Shown: positions 32,079 through 39,840 of the stretch, in pieces
Layout of the letters: every line of letters starts with the position of its first letter
How positions within the stretch are numbered: the first letter of the stretch is position 1
Origin: an uncultured cyanobacterium
Lineage (GTDB): Bacteria > Cyanobacteriota > Cyanobacteriia > Leptolyngbyales > Leptolyngbyaceae
Direction of reading: 5' to 3'
DNA length: 39,840 nucleotides
NCBI GenBank assembly: GCA_963766075.1
Contig: CAVYAN010000126.1
Location: 1-39,840 of the forward strand
Notes under the pieces: generated by a model
Seen by the model: the letters and a program-made list of their open reading frames with translations, nothing else
What the model was told of the DNA's origin: nothing
Database searches by the model: none
Made by a program: the position numbers and the translations under genes

Positions 32079-32358
32079 GATGTTGTCTCGGGGAAATGAA
32101 CGGCAGCAGCGGACTCTGCGGCAGGGAAGCGGCACCCCTCGGATGGGTGCACTCCCATAGTAGAATCATATTCACCAGTAGAATCATAATTTACTCCCCG
32201 CCTGGATTCACTCTTGGCGTGGGCCAATTTACACCTGGGTACTTTATGGCGGCACTCCTTGGCGAAAATCCGGGCCATCCCCATGCCTTCGCCCATGCGT
32301 GCGCTCAGGACATCCAGATCGCTGGAGTCGATCGCACATCTAACCGCAATTTAATCCG

Positions 32359-33375
32359 CTAAACTGGCAAATTCGCGCGAGGATTAAATGTTTCAATTTG
32401 CCGCAATTTTTCGTACAGCTCCCGTTCCGCCTCACTAAGCTCCTTCGGCATCACGATTTGCACTTCCACAATTTGATCGCCCCGTTCTCCTTCGGCGGTG
32501 GGATAGCCCTTGTTAGCCAACCGCAGACGCTGTCCGGATTTCACGCCGGGGGGCGTGGACATTTTCACTAAGCCGTCTAGGGTTGGCACCTCCACCTGGG
32601 CCCCCAGAACAGCTTCGCTGGGCGTAATGGGCAGCTTGCAGGTAATATCTGCCCCCTGCACCTGGAAAAACGCATGGGGGGCCACATCAATCACCAAAAA
32701 TAAATCTCCCCCGGCTTCCCCTTGATCCTTGAGGCGAATGCGCTGCCCCGTCACCATGCCACTGGGCATATTCACTTCCAGCGATCGCCCGTCCTGTAAC
32801 CGAATCCGCTCTCGTCCGCCGGTATAGGCTTTTTCCAGTGGAATCGACAGGTTGGCCTCGGCATCGCGGGGGGTGGCGCGGGGAATCGTGCGGGTGGTTT
32901 TGCTAGTACCGGGACGGAAATTATCCCGGACTCCGTTACTGGTGGAACTGCTGCTGGGAGAAGGTCCGCGACTATTCACTGGCTCGCGCATGGGAGGCCG
33001 CCGCACCGGTTCCCGCTCATTCAGGACTTGATCGACAAAATCGTTGAAGTTGCGGAATTGGGAAAAGTCCACTTCATCCTTGGTGGCGCTGCGCCCGGTC
33101 CAGTTCCAGCCCCGCTGGGCATCCCGTCCGTTGCCGCCAAAGCCTCGCTGCTGCCAGAACTTCCCAAACTGGTCATACTGCGATCGCTTATCGGGATCCG
33201 AGAGGAACTCATAGGCTTCATTAATGTCCTTAAATTTCTCTTCTGCTTCCTTATTGCCGGGATTCAAGTCCGGATGAAACTGTCGTGCCAGCTTACGAAA
33301 GGTTCTTTTAATGTCTTCACTGGTGGCATCTCTGGATACTCCCAGAATGTCGTAATAGTTCCGAAAGTTTTGCAT
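32359..33375 (-). CDS. dnaJ: DnaJ (class B, no zinc finger) co-chaperone, partner of DnaK3
   Basis: NYYDILGVS...FHPDLNPG...AYEFLSD; DnaJ_C motifs [22 protein letters not shown]; directly downstream of dnaK. Confidence 0.92.
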   Translation of the reverse strand: MQNFRNYYDILGVSRDATSEDIKRTFRKLARQFHPDLNPGNKEAEEKFKDINEAYEFLSDPDKRSQYDQFGKFWQQRGFGGNGRDAQRGWNWTGRSATKDEVDFSQFRNFNDFVDQVLNEREPVRRPPMREPVNSRGPSPSSSSTSNGVRDNFRPGTSKTTRTIPRATPRDAEANLSIPLEKAYTGGRERIRLQDGRSLEVNMPSGMVTGQRIRLKDQGEAGGDLFLVIDVAPHAFFQVQGADITCKLPITPSEAVLGAQVEVPTLDGLVKMSTPPGVKSGQRLRLANKGYPTAEGERGDQIVEVQIVMPKELSEAERELYEKLRQIETFNPRANLPV

Positions 33376-33414
33376 AGCGAGAGGAGAAAGGGAGTTCTGA
33401 GGGAAAAGTACGGA

Positions 33415-36213
33415 TTACAGCCAGTCGTCTTCATCATCCCAGTCGTCCTGGTAGAGGTTGGGGCGGGGATTGCGGCTGGGGCGGGAGGTGCGGCGGGAGT
33501 CGTCGCGGCGGGCGGAGTCACCGCTGTAGGGAGTTCGGGGGCCGGGACGCGCGGTGTTCAGGTCGTCGCCCTTCCGGGGAGGGACGGTAGAGTCTGTCTC
33601 TCGGGGCGAGAACCCGGTGCGATCACGCTGCGGGCGATCATCATCCCGATCCCTGTATCCCCGATCATCAGCGGGACGACGAGCATCGGGTCGGGGAGCG
33701 TTGGGGGCGCGATCGCTGCTGTAGGGATCACTAGTCTCGCGGCGCGGCGGACGAGCCTCGTAGTCGTTGCGAGGAGATCGTCCAGTATCACCACGCCCAA
33801 TCTCACCACGCCCAATCTCACCACGCCCAATCTCACTGCGTCCAGTATCACTACGCCCATCATTACGGGTAGCACTGCCATCGGAATCGCGATCGCCGCG
33901 ATCATAGCGGGGGCTATCACGATCGTCGCGGCGATCACTGTCATTCCGGCTGCTGGGCCGCGAACTGCTGTAACTGTCGCGTGCGCCACTATCCGCGCGA
34001 GAACTGCCATAGCTGTCGCGTGCGCCACTGTCTTTGCGAGAACTGTCTTTGCGAGAACTGTCCGTCCGAGAACTGTCTGTGCGAGAACCACCGTAGCTGT
34101 CGCGCCCGCTGCCATAGCCATTATCCGAGGAGGAACCGTAGTCTCCCCGCCGGGGAGCGCTGTAGTCGTTGCTGCCACCATAGCGATTCCCACCGCCATA
34201 GCTGCTGCTACCGCCATAGCCGCCACCGCCATAACTAGTACCGCCATAGCTGCTACCGTAGCCGCCTGTGCCATAGCCGCCGCCTGTGCCATAGCCATCG
34301 CGGTCATTGCTGTTGTAATAATAGTCATCGTCATCGTCATCGAGGAAGAAGCTCTTGATGGCCCCCAGGATACTGTCTTCTTCTTTTTCTTCTTGGTTGC
34401 GCTGGTAGACTTCGCGGCGCAAGTCGTACAGGGCGTCTTCCAGATCAGCTTTGTAGCGATCAATGCCGCGATCGTCATCGTCGCCGAGGCTGGTCCGCAG
34501 TTTGGCGATCGCCTCATCAATCCGACTGCGGTAGCTGCGCACAAACTGCACGCCAAAGTCCAGAGTGGCTTCCCGGATCAAGCGTTCAGCCCGCAGAATT
34601 TCGCTTTCGGCTTGGTTGCGCTTATCGACCCGCTCTTTCTTTTGGCGATCGGTTGCGGCAAACTGCTCTGCATCGCGAATCATCCGCGACACCTCATCCT
34701 CGCCCAGGGTCGATGCCCCCTGCACCGTAATGCTCTGCTCGCGGCCCGTGGTGCGATCCATGGCCGTCACCTGCAGAATTCCATTGGCGTCAATATCCAA
34801 GGCCACCTGGATCTGGGGAATGCCTCGAGGCGCCGGGGGAATGCCCGTCAGCTTGAAACGGCCCAGGGACTTATTGCCGTTGGCCATTTCCCGCTCGCCT
34901 TGCAGCACATGGACTTCCACCAGGGTCTGATTATCTTCGCCCGTAGAGAAAATATCCGATCGCCGCACCGGAATCGTCGTATTGCGAGGGATTAGCTTTT
35001 TCATCACCCCACCCAATGGTTTCCAGGCCCAGGGACAGAGGCGTCACATCCAGCAGCAAAATATCCTTGACCTCGCCCAGCCAGAATGCCCGCTTGAATC
35101 GCCGCCCCAATCGCCACCACTTCATCCGGATTCACGTTTTGGTTCGGCTCCCGATCAATAAAGCCGCGTACCATCTGCTGCACGATGGGAATTCGGGTCG
35201 AGCCGCCCACCAGCACCACTTCATCAATATCGTAGGGATTCATATCGGCATCCCGCAGGGCTTGCTTAACGGGTCCCCGCAGGCGCGTCACCAAATCCCC
35301 ACACAGCGACTCAAATTGGGAGCGGGTCAACCGAGTTTCAATGTGCTTGGGGCCATCCGCCGTCGCAGTAATAAAGGGCAGGTTAATGTCCGTCACCGTT
35401 ACACCCGACAATTCAATCTTGGCCTTCTCTGCGGCCTCCGTCAGCCGCTGCAAAGACTGCCGATCTTTGCGTAGATCAACACCCTCGGCTTTCCAGAAAC
35501 TGCTCGGCCAGCCAGTCAACAATTTTCTTATCAAAGTCACCACCGCCCAGTTGGGTATCACCGCTGGTGGATTTGACCTCAAATACGCCGTCACCCACTT
35601 CCAGAATGGACACATCAAAGGTGCCGCCGCCCAAGTCAAATACCAGAATGGTTTCTAAGCTGCCTCGATCCAGCCCGTAGGCGAGGGAAGCTGCCGTGGG
35701 CTCGTTCAGAATCCGCTTCACTTCGAGGCCCGCAATCCGGCCCGCATCCCGCGTGGCTTGGCGCTGAGAGTCGTTGAAGTAGGCTGGAACGGTAATCACG
35801 GCTCCGGTGACGGGTTCTCCCAGGTAGCGGCTGGCTTCCTCTGCGAGCTTGCGCAGAATCATGGCGGAAATTTCTTCTGGAGCAAATTCCCGCTCCAGCC
35901 GGGGGCAGCGGATCTTGACGTTGCTGCTCTCGTCCTTACGGATGGTGTAGGACACGCGCTTAGAGTCGGCGCTGAGTTCGCTGTAGCGGCGACCCATGAA
36001 GCGCTTGATGGCGTAAAACGTATTTTGGGGGTCTAGTACCGACTGCCGGCGGGCCATTTGCCCTACTAAGCGTTCGCCATCCTTATTAATGCCCACGACC
36101 GAGGGGGTGGTCCGCATTCCCTCGGCGTTGGCAATGACCACGGGCTTGCCACCTTCCATAATGGCAACCACTGAATTTGTTGTTCCGAGGTCAATGCCAA
36201 CTACTCTACCCAT
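33415..36213 (-). CDS. dnaK: Hsp70 chaperone DnaK (cyanobacterial DnaK3 type); three apparent +1 frameshifts (about 35491, 35077, 35013)
   Basis: [68 protein letters not shown]; acidic C-terminus [10 protein letters not shown]. Confidence 0.93.
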
Positions 36214-36359
36214 GCGTATCTAATCTCCCGGCTAGTCTCCCGACAGGTGCGTCAGCGATCGCACAGCGCAATCCACGCTGCGTTACATTTCGCTGCATTT
36301 ATTGTAATCGCGCTGACGCCAATCCGACTTTTTAGCGGAGAAACTTAGGGGAGCACCCA

Positions 36360-36566
36360 TTAGGAGGCTTGACTCTGTTGGGGATGATGCCAAAGGGTCC
36401 AGGCATCATCGCGGTCTTCTTCGATAAATCCACGCCGTCGTGTGTCAACAGATTGGGCGACCAGCACTTTCACCGTTGGCTCGGACTGGGATCCCTGACC
36501 ATAGCCAATGACTCTGCCGAGATTCTGCGTGTGCTGATTGAGAACATAGTCACCGATCGCAAACAT
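36360..36566 (-). CDS. Small hypothetical protein (possibly SH3/KOW-like beta fold)
   Basis: 68-aa ORF MFAIGDYV...GRVIGYG...TVKVLV...EED..AW with protein-like pattern; fills an otherwise empty gap. Confidence 0.6.
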   Translation of the reverse strand: MFAIGDYVLNQHTQNLGRVIGYGQGSQSEPTVKVLVAQSVDTRRRGFIEEDRDDAWTLWHHPQQSQAS

Positions 36567-37014
36567 GGCCCTACTTGCACCTTTTGATTTACAAAGTGAA
36601 AAAATATTTAACTCGCTGAGGTTAACCCACCGAGCGCTAAATCTCTAAATATCCGAGTCTAAATATTCGAGTGTTATCCGAATTCTCAGACCTGCTGCTG
36701 TAGCCAGCGGTGTAGCTCGCTCAAGAACTTCCTCGGTTTGATCACTCTTTCAATCAATCCTGAGGAAGTCTATGGGGGAGTCTGATTAACGTACCCCAAA
36801 ATCCGAGGCAATTTTGCGCTTTGATTCAGAGATTTACGGACGATCGCAAATGTTCCCATTTTTTAGCATTTGCAGATAAATTGCTATAGTTCAGCCCTGG
36901 GGTAACCCACAGCTAGACACTCCAAAACCGTTAATCCCCACACGGTTCCAGCGGGGAGGGTACTGATGTGAGTTAGCCTGATTTGAGAGGAGTGAGTGGA
37001 TTGTCGAAAAACCG

Positions 37015-39222
37015 ATGCCGGGAGCGATCGCCATGACTAACCAGCCGCACATTCAGCCTACTGTTCAGTCCGACACGGGCGGCTTGCAGGCGCTGCTGCC
37101 GGCTTTGCGATGGTTAGATCACTTGTTACAGCAGGCCGTGATTGCGGCTCAAGCCGAGTATGGCCGCAATCCGGCGGCGGATGACTATCAAGGGCTTTAT
37201 GTGAGTGCTGAGGCAGTGGAACGGTTGTTGGCGCGGGAGCCAGGGGCCCCGGGATTGCCCTTAGCCAATGCCGCACTGGGAGCTACCTTTGCCGGTCAGG
37301 TGGCGCAGGTGCCTCGGTTGCAGGAACTCGCTCACACCTTTGGCCTAGGCGACTTTGATTTAGCAGTGCTTTTGATTGCTTTGGCCCCGGAGGTCGATCT
37401 ACGGTACGAGCGCCTCTATGGCTACTTGCAGGACGATATTACCCGCCGCCGCGCCAGTGTGGATTTGGCGCTAAATCTGCTGTGTCCGTCGGGAGAGGCC
37501 AAACTGGTGCATCGCGCCCATTTTGCCCCGAATGCGCCGTTACGGCGTCAGCATTTGCTGCATCTGGTGGCTGACCCGCACCAGATCCACCCGCCTGACC
37601 TTGCCTATGCTTTGAAATTGGATGAACCGATTGTGCGTTGGTTGTTGGACCAACCGGGGGTGGACACACGATTGGCGGCATTCTGCGAATGGGTGCAGCC
37701 CACGGAGCGCTTGGAGGCTCTCCCTTTGCCCGTGGAGATGGTGCGGGCGCTGCGATCGCTGGTTCAAGAGAGCCAATCTACGCCGCTCCGGTTCTATTTC
37801 CACGGACCCCAGGGTGTGGGCAAGCGGCAGACCGCAGCGGCGTTGGCCCATGAATTGGGCCAACGCCTGTGGGTGGTCAATCTGGCCCGGTTGCCCGCCA
37901 AGGCCAGCCTAGATTTTCCTTTGCCGATTCTGTTTCGAGAGGCCCAGTTACACCATGGCGTGGTTTATGTGCAGGGACTCGATGAGGCCGTCAGTGATGC
38001 CGCCCGAATGGATCTCTCGGTTTATGAACCATTGCTAGAGTGGGTGGCCCAGGCTCCGGGAGTAACCATTGTGGCAGGCCGTCAGCCCTGGTTGCCGATT
38101 GCTTCTGGCTTACCGCGCACCTTGATTCCGGTGGCGTTTCCCCTGCCGGACTTTGCCCACCGCCGGGATTGTTGGCAGCGGCACCTGACCGCGCTGAAGA
38201 TGCCGCTCACCGCCAGTGAGCTGGATACTCTGACGGCGCGGTTTCGGCTGACGCCTGACCAAATTGCCGATGCCGTGGCGATCGCCCATCACCAAGTCCG
38301 GTGGCAGCAGGCCCAATCTGCCACTGCGGCCACCCCTACCCTCCTCGATCTGTTTGCCGCCGCGCGCAAGCAATCTGGCGATGCCCTGCGCGCCCTTGCT
38401 CGCAAGGTGGAACCACACTACGGCTGGGCCGATATTGTGCTGCCGCCGGATCCCCTCGCCCAGCTTAAAGAGCTGTGCAATCAGGTGAAATATCAGCACA
38501 CAGTCTATCAAACCTGGGGCTTTGAGCGCCGCCTTTCCCTCGGCAAAGGGCTGAATGTCTTGTTTTCCGGGACTCCCGGTACGGGGAAAACCATGGCAGC
38601 GGAGGTGCTAGCCCGCGAGTTACAGCTTGACCTATATCGGATTGATCTGTCGCAAATCGTGAGTAAGTACATTGGCGAAACGGAAAAGAATCTGGATCGG
38701 ATTTTTACCGCTGCCGATAGCAGCAATGCCATCCTGCTGTTTGATGAGGCCGATGCGCTGTTTGGCAAGCGATCGGAGGTGAAGGATGCCCACGATCGCT
38801 ATGCCAATTTGGAAGTCGCCTATTTACTCCAAAAGATGGAAGAGTACGAGGGCATCACCATTTTGACCACCAACCTGCGCCAGAACCTCGACGAAGCCTT
38901 TACCCGCCGGATTCGCTTCATCATTGAATTTCCCTTGCCGGAGGCAGAGTACCGGCGGCAAATTTGGCAGGTGACCTTGCCGCCGGAAATGCCCCTGGCC
39001 CCGGATGTCGATCTGGATCTGATCGCGCAACAGTTTCGCCTTGCGGGGGGCAACATCCGCAATATTGTCTTGGCGGCGGCATTTTTGGCGGCGGAAGCGG
39101 GAGAAGCGGTGGGTATGGCCCATGTGCTCAAAGCGACGAAGCGCGAGTTTCAGAAAATGGGTCGGTTAGTCAGCGATGAGGAGTTTTTGCCCTTTGCGGG
39201 GGCTTTGCCGCCTCAGGAGTGA
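37015..39222 (+). CDS. AAA+ ATPase of the eCIS-associated (Afp15/Pvc15-like) type
   Basis: LAPEVDLRYERLYGYLQDD N-terminal motif, degenerate first AAA (GPQGVGKR), LFSGTPGTGKT, SKYIGETEKNL, LLFDEADALFGKR, DAHDRYAN; start may be ATG 37033. Confidence 0.88.
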   Translation: MPGAIAMTNQPHIQPTVQSDTGGLQALLPALRWLDHLLQQAVIAAQAEYGRNPAADDYQGLYVSAEAVERLLAREPGAPGLPLANAALGATFAGQVAQVPRLQELAHTFGLGDFDLAVLLIALAPEVDLRYERLYGYLQDDITRRRASVDLALNLLCPSGEAKLVHRAHFAPNAPLRRQHLLHLVADPHQIHPPDLAYALKLDEPIVRWLLDQPGVDTRLAAFCEWVQPTERLEALPLPVEMVRALRSLVQESQSTPLRFYFHGPQGVGKRQTAAALAHELGQRLWVVNLARLPAKASLDFPLPILFREAQLHHGVVYVQGLDEAVSDAARMDLSVYEPLLEWVAQAPGVTIVAGRQPWLPIASGLPRTLIPVAFPLPDFAHRRDCWQRHLTALKMPLTASELDTLTARFRLTPDQIADAVAIAHHQVRWQQAQSATAATPTLLDLFAAARKQSGDALRALARKVEPHYGWADIVLPPDPLAQLKELCNQVKYQHTVYQTWGFERRLSLGKGLNVLFSGTPGTGKTMAAEVLARELQLDLYRIDLSQIVSKYIGETEKNLDRIFTAADSSNAILLFDEADALFGKRSEVKDAHDRYANLEVAYLLQKMEEYEGITILTTNLRQNLDEAFTRRIRFIIEFPLPEAEYRRQIWQVTLPPEMPLAPDVDLDLIAQQFRLAGGNIRNIVLAAAFLAAEAGEAVGMAHVLKATKREFQKMGRLVSDEEFLPFAGALPPQE

Positions 39223-39357
39223 CGTAGCGCCAGCGTGACGCCGCGTAAGCGTGACGAAACGTAAATGGGCGATCGCTTTCCCCTGTACCGCTGGCTATGA
39301 TGAGGCATCCGGCAATGTGCCTCGCCCTCACAATTCAAGTCCCACGGTTCAAGACTC

Positions 39358-39840
39358 ATGATTCAAGACCTGGACGATACGCTGAAAGAATTGTTGGTTA
39401 AAAAAGTGCCGATCGACTTGGCCACGATTGACATCAAGTTTGAGGTGCCTGACAAAGAGTGGGAAACCAAGATTTCGGCCAAGCCCACGATTAATCTATA
39501 CCTGTACGACATTCGCGAAAATCACGACCTGCGGAGTAACGAACCGTCGTTGATGCGCAATGGGGCGACGGGCCTGGAAACCCCGGCTCCGGTGCGGATT
39601 GACTTTGCTTACTTGATTACCACTTGGACTAAGGAAATTGCCGATGAGCACCGCTTGCTGGGTAATCTGCTAAAAACGCTGCTGCGCTATCCTATCTTGC
39701 CGTCGGATGTCTTGAAGGGAGAAATGGCGACCCAGTCCTTGCCGCTGCGCAGTTGGATCGCCCAACCCGAGCGCACGCCCAATGCCTGGGATTTTTGGGG
39801 GGCACTGGATGGGCGGATCAAGGCCAGTCTGAGCTATATG
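39358..39840 (+). CDS. DUF4255 / Pvc16 (Afp16-like) contractile injection system protein; runs off the window end, absent from the ORF track
   Basis: My translation from ATG 39358: MIQDLDDTLKELL...KPTINLYLYDIREN.DLR...PVRIDFAYLITTW...DEHRLLG..L..L.RYP...WDFWGALDGRIKASLSY; open to the window edge. Confidence 0.85.
   Translation, partial: MIQDLDDTLKELLVKKVPIDLATIDIKFEVPDKEWETKISAKPTINLYLYDIRENHDLRSNEPSLMRNGATGLETPAPVRIDFAYLITTWTKEIADEHRLLGNLLKTLLRYPILPSDVLKGEMATQSLPLRSWIAQPERTPNAWDFWGALDGRIKASLSYM

Larger units (their letters stand above)
1..39840. repeat. HIP1 octamer GCGATCGC, highly iterated across the window
   Basis: Dozens of copies (e.g. 1121, 18168, 26753, 37024), characteristic of cyanobacteria. 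Confidence 0.95.

Noticed and set aside
32048..32362. Short ORFs on both strands between the SH3 gene and dnaJ
   Set aside because: No recognisable motif or RBS, and they overlap each other or flanking genes; cannot be supported
33028..34995. 655-aa + strand ORF (and 332-aa alternative-frame ORF 33558..34556) rich in Ala/Val/Ile/Thr
   Set aside because: Antisense and off-frame shadows of dnaK/dnaJ; long antisense ORFs are well known for Hsp70 genes and the repetitive tail lacks stops in those frames
33415..36213. dnaK (and likewise prmC, GH38, helicase) as true pseudogenes or programmed frameshift genes
   Set aside because: Isolated indels with no in-frame stops or other decay; best explained as sequencing error

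Overview
A cyanobacterial chromosome segment, judged from very frequent HIP1 GCGATCGC octamers and cyanobacterial-type bciB, tic22 and dnaK3/dnaJ3. In order: (1) a six-gene lipid-linked surface glycosylation cluster (two GT2s, one fused to GtrA; a flavoprotein; a deacetylase; a flippase-like protein; a GT-C); (2) terB and an overlapping DNA methyltransferase + small PD-(D/E)XK nuclease pair convergent on dnaA, which has no dnaN or DnaA-box cluster beside it; (3) an Lhr-like helicase, FKBP, a Tat-exported multicopper oxidase, an amino-acid ABC binding protein, tic22-prmC, a membrane-anchored pseudo-orthocaspase/TPR protein, a J-domain/TPR protein and bciB; (4) a small toxin-antitoxin hotspot where brnTA lies between two diverged copies of one gene's 3' end, followed by vapB and a truncated vapC; (5) GH38 alpha-mannosidase, an SH3 protein, and dnaJ/dnaK3, the latter with a very long low-complexity tail; (6) at the right edge, an AAA ATPase + DUF4255 pair marking the probable start of a contractile injection system (eCIS) locus. 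About eleven frameshifts in seven genes, mostly in homopolymers or beside HIP1/GATC sites, look like long-read assembly errors. All family assignments come from motif recognition, not database searches.
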